DNA of 64,000 bases from a virus. Its lineage: Duplodnaviria > Caudoviricetes. The notes beneath the pieces are model-generated. The model was not told the DNA's origin, made no database searches, and was given only the letters and a program-made list of their open reading frames with translations. Below, in pieces: positions 27,346 to 36,650 of the stretch (its first letter is position 1; each line of letters starts with the position of its first letter). Position numbers and translations under genes: made by a program. The stretch lies in IMG/VR virus record IMGVR_UViG_3300027672_000010, positions 1 through 64,000 of that record. One strand, 5' to 3'.

Positions 27346-29387
27346 TAACCAAATCCTTGGTCGTGGAAACTTCTATCATTGTGATCTTGGGTTGGTAAGT
27401 TCTGATCTATGATAGCGGCAGTGTTACTGTTACTATTGTTTGTTACTGTCGATGTCTGGGGAGCAATCATAACGGCATTAGTACCACCTGCCGCTTGTGT
27501 GTTCTCTCTAGACATTCCGTCTAGTTCACCGCCTCTTTGTGCTTTGATTGCTTCGATCTGTTCGAGTTTATTATCATTGTTAGACAAGATGCGTTGTCCA
27601 TATGCGCTGTCCTCATCTAGTTTCTGACCATTCTTCATGCCAGTAGACTTGATCTTTAGAAATTTCTCTTCGTCTCTGAGCAATCTATCTTCGGCACGTC
27701 GATCCTTGTCTGCCTTTGCTTTGGCACGTTTCTTTCTCTTTTCTTCCTGATCTTTTTGGTATGAAGGATCGTCCAGATCCTTTAAGAATTCCGCTGTGGA
27801 CGCGTTCATTGGTTTAGGATTAGTATCAATTGCCGCTTTAGTCTTCGTAACTTCTACAGGAAGTTCAGGAACTTCGGATGTATTCTCTGCTACAGGAAGT
27901 TCAGGAACTTCGGATGTATTCTCTGCTCCCACTGCTTCTACAGGTGGGGGTGGAGCAACATTAACATAATCGTAGACTGCATCTGGTACTAGTTTACCTA
28001 ACAGTGAGTCTGCGTCTGGTAGTATACTACCTATCAGTTCCTTTAGTTTATTCAATGCCATTGCCGCGAAGTCACCGACTGCACTCTTGGCATCATCAAA
28101 CTTACCCTCAAGACCGAGCAACTGAAGGATCTTTGTGAATGCCCCAGTGACCAACGTCTTGATGGTATTCCAAACCCTAGTAGGAAGTTCCAGTAACCAT
28201 TCGAAAGTAAACCCTTCCCCATCTAACCCAAGCATATTACCAACCGCAGAGAACCAATCACTGATTCCTTTTATAGCGTCTTGTATAATCAAGTCCATCT
28301 TTAGTTTGAATATATCTCCTGCATTATCTGTGTTGGTGAATATGTCACCTATACTATCAAAGAAGTCTCCAATCAAATCCATTAGACTGAATTCTGAGAC
28401 CATCTTTCCAAAGTCTTCAAAACCAAGAGTCTTTGCTACGAAAGCGACGATCTTCTTTGGTATGAAGAATATGATATCAAACAAACCACCAATAATATTC
28501 TTTGCAAGAGAACCTAAGAAGTCAACGATACCTCTTGTCATCTTCTTACCAAACCCACCTGTCTGATTCTTGAATCCCTTGAATCCATCAAACAGACCGA
28601 TTAGGGCACTGATGACTTGACCAATGATAGGAATCTTAGTACCGAACACTTTGAATGCAGCGAAGACTTTTCCTAAAGATCCACCCTTAGAAAACATATT
28701 GCCAAACCCACTCAACAACTTTGTAGGGCCAGCGAACAGGTTCTTAAAGGTTGCCGTTATTTTTGCTAACAGACCACCTGCTTCCTTACTAGACTCGATT
28801 GCTTTACCAACGGCACGGAAGGGAGTCAGTAAGAATCGTATCCCTTTGCCAATACCATTCATTATCTTAGACAACATGCCCATAGGTTTGAATGCACCAT
28901 TGACACCCCTACTGATACTCGTGAAACCTCTAGTACCTGCCATGAACGCATTACTAACGTTCTTCAAGTTCCTACTTAGACTCTTTACTCCCTTGGCAAT
29001 AGAAGAACGGAATCCTGCTGTTGCTTTGTCAATCCAAGTACCTTTGAGTAATTTAGAGGCAAACCCACCTAACCAAGTTGCCACACCAGTGACGAATCCT
29101 GAGACTGCCGCACCGAGAGTTAGGGCAAATCCTGCGATACCCATTCCACCAGTGAAGTCATCTTTCTGGAAACCTTTGATAGGGTTAGGCTTTTTGCCCT
29201 TACCTTTCTTATCGTCTCTGCGCTTCTCTTCATCGTCAAGTTTATCCCCCGCAAACGACTTCAAGAACTTTTCCATGTTCTTGTTTAGGTTCGTTAACTG
29301 GGTAGTAGTCGCTTTATCTCCACTCTTCGTTGTATCGTTGAGTTCTCTTAAACCGACTGCTACTTGTTTTAGGTTGGTCTCTGCCAT
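27345..29387 (-). CDS. Tape-measure/baseplate hub-like protein (gp29 position)
   Basis: Long Gly/Phe/Ala amphipathic helical protein downstream of gp26/gp51. Confidence 0.6.
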   Translation of the reverse strand: MAETNLKQVAVGLRELNDTTKSGDKATTTQLTNLNKNMEKFLKSFAGDKLDDEEKRRDDKKGKGKKPNPIKGFQKDDFTGGMGIAGFALTLGAAVSGFVTGVATWLGGFASKLLKGTWIDKATAGFRSSIAKGVKSLSRNLKNVSNAFMAGTRGFTSISRGVNGAFKPMGMLSKIMNGIGKGIRFLLTPFRAVGKAIESSKEAGGLLAKITATFKNLFAGPTKLLSGFGNMFSKGGSLGKVFAAFKVFGTKIPIIGQVISALIGLFDGFKGFKNQTGGFGKKMTRGIVDFLGSLAKNIIGGLFDIIFFIPKKIVAFVAKTLGFEDFGKMVSEFSLMDLIGDFFDSIGDIFTNTDNAGDIFKLKMDLIIQDAIKGISDWFSAVGNMLGLDGEGFTFEWLLELPTRVWNTIKTLVTGAFTKILQLLGLEGKFDDAKSAVGDFAAMALNKLKELIGSILPDADSLLGKLVPDAVYDYVNVAPPPPVEAVGAENTSEVPELPVAENTSEVPELPVEVTKTKAAIDTNPKPMNASTAEFLKDLDDPSYQKDQEEKRKKRAKAKADKDRRAEDRLLRDEEKFLKIKSTGMKNGQKLDEDSAYGQRILSNNDNKLEQIEAIKAQRGGELDGMSRENTQAAGGTNAVMIAPQTSTVTNNSNSNTAAIIDQNLPTQDHNDRSFHDQGFG
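27854..27927 (-). repeat. 36-nt perfect tandem repeat x2 (AENTSEVPELPV)
   Basis: CTACAGGAAGTTCAGGAACTTCGGATGTATTCTCTG at 27854 and 27890. Confidence 0.9.
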
Positions 29388-29389
29388 TG

Positions 29390-29587
29390 TTACTGCCCTT
29401 GTTGTTCTTGTTTAATTCTATCGTTCTCTTCCTTTACATAATCAATTAACATACTTACATATATCTCCCTTTCCCACGGCATCATTGTATCTATTTCTGA
29501 TAAATTATAATGATGGTGTTGCATCAACGAAAAGTTGGTCTTATAATGATTGACCAAGTTATCGTGAGAAAGGTTTATGACAAAAAA
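29390..29587 (-). CDS. gp51: Baseplate hub assembly catalyst; possibly a -1 frameshift extension of gp26
   Basis: YKTNFSLMQHH..Y.LSEI..MMPWEREIY motif; start uncertain. Confidence 0.8.
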   Translation of the reverse strand, partial: FFVINLSHDNLVNHYKTNFSLMQHHHYNLSEIDTMMPWEREIYVSMLIDYVKEENDRIKQEQQGQ

Positions 29588-30288
29588 TCTGATATTCCTT
29601 TCAGTTTCCTTTCTACCGTCTCTCCGCAACCTTCACACGCAAATTTAAGATCATGTTCTATTGCAGGTAGTTCACTAAGGAACTTTGACACACCTGCAAA
29701 CTGGTCTGATGTCATGGACTCAATGAAATCAATCAACTCTTCTTGTGTCGATTCACTGGCATCAATCCTTTCGTCTTCGGTTAGGATGGCGGCAATTGAT
29801 TGTGCTAACATAGCAAAACCCATCTCCGTCTGATCGCCCTCTTCGAGATCCATCTTCAATACATCCGAGTACTTTGGGTATTGCATCTCTACTGATATGT
29901 TGTCTGTTATCTCAATTGTGTTTTCCTGATCTTCGGGGAACTTAACTTGAATTGCCGCGATGTCTAGCGACACTTCGTTCTTATGTCCACACCCTTCATT
30001 AGAGCAAGGTACAACAATAGTCGCACTCTCTCCAACTGACTTAGATCTAACCTGAGTAAACAGATACTCTACGTCAAATGTCGTTAGACTTCTTGCATCT
30101 ATGTTTTCAATACAAGCGTCTAGTGTATTGACGATTGCATTCAATGCTTCTTTCTGATGACCAGTCTCAAATGCAATCATTAGTATCTTCTCTTCTTTGA
30201 CCAAGTATGGTCGGTAACTGACAGTATCTCCAGTAGAAGGGACTTTACAAGTGTATTGCGGTGATGCGTTTAGTTTTGGTAATGCCAT
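29575..30288 (-). CDS. gp26: Baseplate hub subunit/chaperone
   Basis: MALPKL..P.Y...PSTG...YRPYLVKEEK, RSKSVGE, CxxC motifs. Confidence 0.92.
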   Translation of the reverse strand: MALPKLNASPQYTCKVPSTGDTVSYRPYLVKEEKILMIAFETGHQKEALNAIVNTLDACIENIDARSLTTFDVEYLFTQVRSKSVGESATIVVPCSNEGCGHKNEVSLDIAAIQVKFPEDQENTIEITDNISVEMQYPKYSDVLKMDLEEGDQTEMGFAMLAQSIAAILTEDERIDASESTQEELIDFIESMTSDQFAGVSKFLSELPAIEHDLKFACEGCGETVERKLKGISDFLS

Positions 30289-30313
30289 AATATTCTCCAA
30301 TATTAAATAATAA

Positions 30314-31048
30314 TTAAATCTTTCCTAATAGAAAGTTTGTTAATGATGAAATAGCACCACGACCAATTGCTTCGCCTGTGCCTGTATGTTGTCCTACCGT
30401 GCTTTCCCAATCAGTGTACGACAGTTGTACTGTCAATTCCATTACACCTTCTTCGGCATTACCTAACTGCTGATCAGAGATCGTAGTAGGGTAACACTCT
30501 CGTAATGAAACCGAGTATGTCTTCTTCTCTTGAAATGACGCACCTGCGTCTATCTCGCCTTGCTGTAGATCAATCGGGCCAACCTTGGGTAGTCTGTTCC
30601 GTATGAAGGATGGGATCTTATCTATGAATCCCAACTGCTTCTTAAAGATAGACAACCTAAGTCCTCTCTCTATTAACGCAACCTTCACTGGGTATGTATA
30701 ATCTTCGAAGTAACCTACTGTACGACTGACTGGATCGTGTGCTTCTGCTTGCCATGCTTCGAAGTATTGTCGTGCCACATGATCGTTTCCTACCAAGAAG
30801 GTCAATGTTAGATCTGTAGTAGCAAAACCATTAGCAATCTTTCGTAAGGTTGTTCCCATCTGCTTATCGATGGATGTGATCTGCCGTCCCGGTAAAGACG
30901 CAACCGTACAGAAAATGTTCAATGACTGTGCGTCTACAGGAAAGGATGCGAGTTGAGGTAGTTGAACCATGAACTGATTCGCCTTTGCCAATCCACCCGA
31001 CTTACTGAGTTCTGCCTTTAATGTTTCTATTGATGAACCTGCGCTCAC
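30314..31048 (-). CDS. Tail tube-like protein (gp19/gp54 fold)
   Basis: C..ASLPG, YFE.W, YP..I...L...ELTV.LSY..W. Confidence 0.75.
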   Translation of the reverse strand: MSAGSSIETLKAELSKSGGLAKANQFMVQLPQLASFPVDAQSLNIFCTVASLPGRQITSIDKQMGTTLRKIANGFATTDLTLTFLVGNDHVARQYFEAWQAEAHDPVSRTVGYFEDYTYPVKVALIERGLRLSIFKKQLGFIDKIPSFIRNRLPKVGPIDLQQGEIDAGASFQEKKTYSVSLRECYPTTISDQQLGNAEEGVMELTVQLSYTDWESTVGQHTGTGEAIGRGAISSLTNFLLGKI

Positions 31049-31629
31049 TGAATCATACTCCTACTATCGTAATGTACTTTATAACTGTTTGCTTTACGGA
31101 ACTGAGCAGTAGGTAAGAAGATTGCGACTTCCCATTCTGGTGCTAGTACCTCTGCGAACTTACTTGTTACCTGAGAGTTCAAGTAATGCTTTAAACAAGG
31201 TTTGAAGTATCTTAAACTAGAAGACTTCTTCAACATCCTATAGGTCAATGAAAACTTGGCATCATCTGTCAACTTACTACCCTGTATGTCCATTAAGTTT
31301 GCGAAGAACTGCATACGCAACTTGGGTGGCAGGTAGTGTAGGTTGAGTCCCATAAACCCACCTTTGGCAGGGCCAAGTACGATGACCAATGGAAAGATAT
31401 CATAGTACGGTAATTTGTCTTTATGTTTAGGATCATACATAAACATCTGCATAGAACCAATGATCTGCTTGGCACCTTGCTTCAACTCATCTTCTTGCAT
31501 TAGTGCCGTTCTATTGATCGACCTCATGTTCTGTGCTTTCTTTAAAAACCACTCACGACTTTCTTTGGTGCGAGGTGTTATACCTGCACGGAATGCTTGT
31601 CGTTCTAGTCTTTGTAAAATCTTAGACAT
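31045..31629 (-). CDS. gp2: DNA end protector
   Basis: YDPKHK..LPYYD.FPL, GLNLHYLP, FLPT.QF. Confidence 0.93.
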   Translation of the reverse strand: MSKILQRLERQAFRAGITPRTKESREWFLKKAQNMRSINRTALMQEDELKQGAKQIIGSMQMFMYDPKHKDKLPYYDIFPLVIVLGPAKGGFMGLNLHYLPPKLRMQFFANLMDIQGSKLTDDAKFSLTYRMLKKSSSLRYFKPCLKHYLNSQVTSKFAEVLAPEWEVAIFLPTAQFRKANSYKVHYDSRSMIQ

Positions 31630-31656
31630 TGTTAATCCTGTAATAACTCATGTGTT

Positions 31657-31664
31657 TATTTATA
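31657..31664 (-). promoter_or_regulatory. Late promoter
   Basis: TATAAATA on minus strand upstream of gp2. Confidence 0.8.
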
Positions 31665-31670
31665 TGAATA

Positions 31671-32204
31671 TTAACGCTTTGCTCGTGGTTTCTTTACACG
31701 AGTCTTTGCTTTAGGTCTGAATGGCGGTAAAGGTTTAATAGGTTTCTTTGATCGTAATGGTTTAGGCATCAACCCCATTGCTTGAAGTTTCTGTTCAGTC
31801 CAGATCTCGAAGTGCCACCCCCTATCTGCCGCATACTTAGTTGCTTCTTTCCACTTACTCTGGTTCTTAATATAAGTCATACCTTCGTTCAGGACGATAC
31901 GTCTGGATCTACCTTGACCAGTCTTGGGTGGTAATGTCTGGGCATGGGGTTTGACCTCTACCAATACGGTACGACCATCCCTGAACTTTATCAAGAAATC
32001 CATGAAGTACCGGTGAATTCGCTTGTCAGTCTCGCATAAGTATGGTATAATGACTTCTTCGGAGTTCCACTTAACTACCTGTGCGGAATCGTCACACCAC
32101 TTCATAACGTGCCTTTCCCACATACTTCGATACTGTACCTTGGTATGGTCACCTAGATACTTATCTTTATTCGAAGGTTTGTATCTTCCCTTGTAAGTTT
32201 TCAT
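31671..32204 (-). CDS. gp4: Head completion nuclease
   Basis: YRSMWE, W.SEE..IPY, HRYF.DF, EVKP, NQ.KW. Confidence 0.93.
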   Translation of the reverse strand: MKTYKGRYKPSNKDKYLGDHTKVQYRSMWERHVMKWCDDSAQVVKWNSEEVIIPYLCETDKRIHRYFMDFLIKFRDGRTVLVEVKPHAQTLPPKTGQGRSRRIVLNEGMTYIKNQSKWKEATKYAADRGWHFEIWTEQKLQAMGLMPKPLRSKKPIKPLPPFRPKAKTRVKKPRAKR

Positions 32205-32211
32205 ATAAATA
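32204..32211 (+). promoter_or_regulatory. Late promoter
   Basis: TATAAATA upstream of gp48. Confidence 0.8.
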
Positions 32212-32253
32212 GATCTATAGAATTTCAGATAAACCTATTTATGGAATAGTTAA

Positions 32254-33375
32254 ATGCTAGACAAATTAAAGACAAAAGCACAACAAAAAGCGGATGAACT
32301 AAAAGCAGGTGTTACTGGTTCCTATGAAGCGAATAGCACCCCTCCCAATACACCTGAAGTCGCATCATCTAGTCAGAGGTTATCATACCCTTTAGATGAT
32401 GCCGATTATAAAGCAAGGGTTATCTTTAGTGTGCTTGCCACAGAGTCTACTGGTGTTGATGATAGTTTCACTCAACTAGCAGAATCCTCAGATTCTAAAG
32501 CAAATGCAATCAAAACACAGATCCAAGAAAAGATTGATGAGGCAAAGGCAAATTCAAAGAATGGGGAACTTCGCCAGTCTGATATCGATGACATTGAGAC
32601 ACTAGTTGCCGAGGGTAAACAACTCAGAGAACAACAAGCAAAATTCGAAGGTCTATCGAAACAAACTAACACCAAGACATCTATTGAAGATGCAGGTGCG
32701 CGTATATCATTATACCTACCGATGGGTCTTGCGTTTCGAGACAACGTAACCTATGAGAACTTCGATCTAGGTGTTGTTGGGGGTGCAATGGCACAGGGAG
32801 CAGGTATGGCATCTGCTATGACGGACGGCATTGGTTCATTCATTGGTGGACTAAAAGGGCCCGGTGGACGAGATCTTGCCAAACTAGCAGGTGTTCAACT
32901 CGCCAAACAAGCAGGTTCATTTGGCGCAGAAGCACAAGCGGCATTGAAAATTCAGGGTGGAGTAACACTAAACCCTAACTCGCGTATTATGTTCAAGCAA
33001 CCTAACATACGAGAGTTCGCATTCGCATTCAAGTTTATCGCAAGGTCGGCAGAAGAACAGGAATCAGTCAATCAAATCATTAAGACATTCCGTACTGAAC
33101 TATACCCTTCTAGTATTACTGCTCAAATTGGTGGACAAACTATCTCATTGGGTTATAACTTCCCAAAGAAATTCCAACTCGCATTCGAATATGATGGAGG
33201 AGAGATCCCCGGACTTGCCAAGATTAAACCTTGTTATCTCCGTGACGTATCCACTACATTCAACTCATCACAAATGGCAATGCACAAAGATGGTAACTTC
33301 ATGGAAGTCGATATGACTCTGAGTTTCCAAGAGACTGCCGCATTGACCCAATCAGATATTAAGGACGGATTTTAA
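32254..33375 (+). CDS. gp48: Baseplate tail tube cap
   Basis: LYLP, NPN...F..P..R.F.F.F, P..F, L.FQE. Confidence 0.85.
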   Translation: MLDKLKTKAQQKADELKAGVTGSYEANSTPPNTPEVASSSQRLSYPLDDADYKARVIFSVLATESTGVDDSFTQLAESSDSKANAIKTQIQEKIDEAKANSKNGELRQSDIDDIETLVAEGKQLREQQAKFEGLSKQTNTKTSIEDAGARISLYLPMGLAFRDNVTYENFDLGVVGGAMAQGAGMASAMTDGIGSFIGGLKGPGGRDLAKLAGVQLAKQAGSFGAEAQAALKIQGGVTLNPNSRIMFKQPNIREFAFAFKFIARSAEEQESVNQIIKTFRTELYPSSITAQIGGQTISLGYNFPKKFQLAFEYDGGEIPGLAKIKPCYLRDVSTTFNSSQMAMHKDGNFMEVDMTLSFQETAALTQSDIKDGF

Positions 33376-34436
33376 TGTCATACTTTAAGAACTTCCCACC
33401 TGCTCTATACAAGTTTGGTGACGAACAATCTTTCGCACTTACGACTAACTTGTCCCAGTATGTGGATCTGATTGATCAGGTGAAGGTCAATGATATTTTC
33501 CTTCAGGACTATATTATTCCTGCCAACGAGAGACCCGATCAAGTATCATTTAAAATCTATGGTACTACTGACCACTACTGGACATTGTTTCTGGCAAACG
33601 ATCATATCAGAGAGAATGGTTGGCCGTTAACTCTACATGAAGTAGACACTGCCGCGATTAAACGATATCCGCACAGACAGGTTACAGTAAAGATCAAACA
33701 ACAAGATGTCGTGGACTACTACGATGATGATAACAAACCAATCTTTAGAACTAAACTAGTAGGTACATCTCCCGATCAGTTTGAGATTGGTTCTAAGGTT
33801 ACTGGTAACGTCTCTGGTACTCAGGGTATCATAATAAAACGTGATCTTTCATTAGGTACATTTATCATTGATACTCTTAATGTATCTAACCTATCTGAGA
33901 TTGTTGAACAAGTGGTCGTTCCTAACGGTAATGGTATTGTTGTTTTAGAAAGAACAGATGTTAACGAGGCAGAGACCTTTGACTTACCACTTCAGTGGGT
34001 GTTACTAAAGGATGATGTTCCTGTTAACGTAACAAAGACACTAGATCCCTTTAAACGTAAGGCAACAATAACTGGTATACCGTTTAGTCCTACTTCAGTA
34101 TATAAACTGTCTTACTGGATCAGTACCAAGAACCTTACAGACGGTAAGTTTGCCGCGAACGAAGAACTATCCTATCGTAATCCAGATGGGTTCGATACTT
34201 CAATGATCGTTGAGTCTGATGTTGAACAATATAAAGGCACTCATCATTACGAAGATGCGACTGGTGCGTGGGTGGATATTGATCCTCTATCCCAGACGAT
34301 ACCTTCGGGGGCGGTAAAGGTAACTTTCCTAGACAACCTACGAAAGAACAACGAGAAGTTGAGACAAATTAAGATACTGAAACCTTCTGCTATTAAAGGT
34401 TTAGTGAATGAGTTCGCAAAAGTAATGAGTGAATAA
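33375..34436 (+). CDS. gp53: Baseplate wedge subunit
   Basis: MSYF..FP, ERPD..S..IYG....W..FLAN, NE..RQIKILKP. Confidence 0.88.
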   Translation: MSYFKNFPPALYKFGDEQSFALTTNLSQYVDLIDQVKVNDIFLQDYIIPANERPDQVSFKIYGTTDHYWTLFLANDHIRENGWPLTLHEVDTAAIKRYPHRQVTVKIKQQDVVDYYDDDNKPIFRTKLVGTSPDQFEIGSKVTGNVSGTQGIIIKRDLSLGTFIIDTLNVSNLSEIVEQVVVPNGNGIVVLERTDVNEAETFDLPLQWVLLKDDVPVNVTKTLDPFKRKATITGIPFSPTSVYKLSYWISTKNLTDGKFAANEELSYRNPDGFDTSMIVESDVEQYKGTHHYEDATGAWVDIDPLSQTIPSGAVKVTFLDNLRKNNEKLRQIKILKPSAIKGLVNEFAKVMSE

Positions 34437-35785
34437 TGGAAAGACAATCCCAGTTTAAATACAAGGTAGCAGAGATTACGTCCGATAGGATGGGTGATCA
34501 GTTTACCTTGGATGTTCGTCCATTGATTGTTGAACTCGTGTTCTTCGAATCTTTGGATAAACCATATGTGACAGGACAGATTGCGATCTCTGATGATCAG
34601 GCAATCTTTGATAGTATTACATTCTCTGGTACAGAAAGACTTAATATCCAAATGACAAGTGAGTTGTCTGCTAGTGAGAATGAAGATGTTGTTATGGATA
34701 GAAGTTTTATTCTAACAGGCATTGATACTATTGTCAAGTCATCTAACTCTGGTTCTTCTTCGATCTATGTGTTCTCCTTTATGGACGAACACGCAATGAT
34801 CAGCAAGACCAAGAACATCTCTCGTTCAGTAAAGGATGATCTCAACACCGAGATCCTAAAGTTATGTGGTAATGAGTGTGGTGCTGATGTTGATATGTCT
34901 TATGCGTCTGAGTCTGTCCAAGGTAACTTCCGTGGTATCATACCCTATATGCATCCATTAGAAGCGGCATCATGGTTGTGCGGTAAAGCAACAACTAACC
35001 TTGGTATGCCATTCTTCTTATATGGTACTGCGTTTGACAAGAACATACGACTTGGGTCTCTGGATAAGATGTTGGAACAACCTGCTTGGAATGAAGATAT
35101 ACCATTCCTGTTCTCTCCTGCCAATACACAGGCACAAGAGTTGACTGGCAGTCCTACGTCACAGTACTTCCAAGTACAGAGTATGAAGTCTACGTCATTA
35201 CAGAATACATTTAAACAACTACAGACAGGTGGTATTGGTTCAAGATATACTGTTACTGATATATCTAACGGACGTAACACTTCTCAGCATTTTAGTATAG
35301 ACCGCATGATTGATCAAGCACATGAGGCAGGTCTTATTGATAAGACCAAACAGAACATATATGATCCCGAATATAAGACACCTGACTTTGATACTGTTAA
35401 CATCTCTGGCGATCATCTACATGACACAGACGCACAGATATTCCACAATGTAGTTTCTCGTGGAGTATATGGTGATAAGAAGTCTTTACACGACGAAGTA
35501 AGTCCTGCTATGTTTCTCAAGAAGATAGAGAATCTGGCATACCGTAATGCAATCTACAAGAATATGATTGACGTTACATTACCGGGACCGGGATTCATTA
35601 AGTCTGGTGGTACTGTTGGTGACAAGATTAAGATCAATGTATTGAATGATGATAACGGTAAGGATGGTGGACTTGATAGACTGAGGAGTGGTGATTTCCT
35701 TGTTTACAATACAAGACATACCTTTAAGAACACTCGTCACGATGTGGCACTTACCGTGTTCAAATTAGAGAAGGGATCAAAATGA
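34436..35785 (+). CDS. Baseplate hub protein (gp27-like)
   Basis: FESL..PY.TG...I.D, G.E.L; lies between gp53 and gp5. Confidence 0.65.
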   Translation: MERQSQFKYKVAEITSDRMGDQFTLDVRPLIVELVFFESLDKPYVTGQIAISDDQAIFDSITFSGTERLNIQMTSELSASENEDVVMDRSFILTGIDTIVKSSNSGSSSIYVFSFMDEHAMISKTKNISRSVKDDLNTEILKLCGNECGADVDMSYASESVQGNFRGIIPYMHPLEAASWLCGKATTNLGMPFFLYGTAFDKNIRLGSLDKMLEQPAWNEDIPFLFSPANTQAQELTGSPTSQYFQVQSMKSTSLQNTFKQLQTGGIGSRYTVTDISNGRNTSQHFSIDRMIDQAHEAGLIDKTKQNIYDPEYKTPDFDTVNISGDHLHDTDAQIFHNVVSRGVYGDKKSLHDEVSPAMFLKKIENLAYRNAIYKNMIDVTLPGPGFIKSGGTVGDKIKINVLNDDNGKDGGLDRLRSGDFLVYNTRHTFKNTRHDVALTVFKLEKGSK

Positions 35786-36648
35786 TTAAGTATTATGGAG
35801 ACAAGACACGATGGTTCGTGGGCGATGTCATTGACGGAACACCCCCTTATGGTTTCGAAGGTAGGGTACGAGTGCGCATACACGGTGTACATAATCCGTC
35901 TGCTCGTCAAATAGCACAGAACGATCTACCTTGGGCACAGGTTGTATTACCAACTACCGAAGGTGGTGTGTCTGGTTTGGGTACTACTCCAAGAATAGAA
36001 TCAGGGGCACTAGTCTTTGGTTTCTTTATGGACGGCAAACAGTCTCAGGTTCCCTTGATCCTTGGGTCAATACCTCGTACCGAATACCCTAGTCCAGTAC
36101 AGAAATCTGTTGCATATCAAGATCTAACCGAAAGAACTGATCCTAACACAGAGTTCTACAATATATCTGTATCAGGTATCAATGAGAATGATCCTTCCCT
36201 TGGCAACGAATTGTCTAAGCAACCTATCACAGAAGTGATGGCAAAGTATCGTAGAGATATTGCTGTTAGATTCTTTTTGTCAAATGGTTACACAATCAAG
36301 CAGTCGTGTGCTATCGTGGGTATTATGGCAGAGACAAACCCTACATTCGATACTACTTATGAGAATGCAGGTGGTCTTGGATTGATGGGATGGAGCGACA
36401 TAAGATTAACTCGACTCAAACAGTTTAGTACTTCGTGGATGTATTTTAGCGTACAACTTGCCTTCATTATGTTTGAACTAAATACTACAAAGGTAGATGC
36501 GAACGTTCGTATACTTAACTCTGATGTTATTGATAAGAGTAAAGGTAAGTCTTTAGGTGAGATACTTTCTCGATTCTATGCTCCTATTGTAAACGATTAT
36601 AGTTCCCAAGTCAAGAGAGTATATGAAATATATGCTAATAAGGTATAA
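35782..36648 (+). CDS. gp5: gp5 N-terminal OB-fold plus tail-lysozyme-like domain
   Basis: GRVRVRIHGVH, LPWA, VFGFF.DG...Q.P.ILG; C-terminal AIVG...E...GL.GW. Confidence 0.8.
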   Translation: MIKYYGDKTRWFVGDVIDGTPPYGFEGRVRVRIHGVHNPSARQIAQNDLPWAQVVLPTTEGGVSGLGTTPRIESGALVFGFFMDGKQSQVPLILGSIPRTEYPSPVQKSVAYQDLTERTDPNTEFYNISVSGINENDPSLGNELSKQPITEVMAKYRRDIAVRFFLSNGYTIKQSCAIVGIMAETNPTFDTTYENAGGLGLMGWSDIRLTRLKQFSTSWMYFSVQLAFIMFELNTTKVDANVRILNSDVIDKSKGKSLGEILSRFYAPIVNDYSSQVKRVYEIYANKV

Positions 36649-36650
36649 CG

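Noticed and set aside
27409-29415. Plus-strand ORFs up to 263 aa opposite the tape-measure-like gene
   Set aside because: Antisense shadows with no recognisable motifs or RBS.
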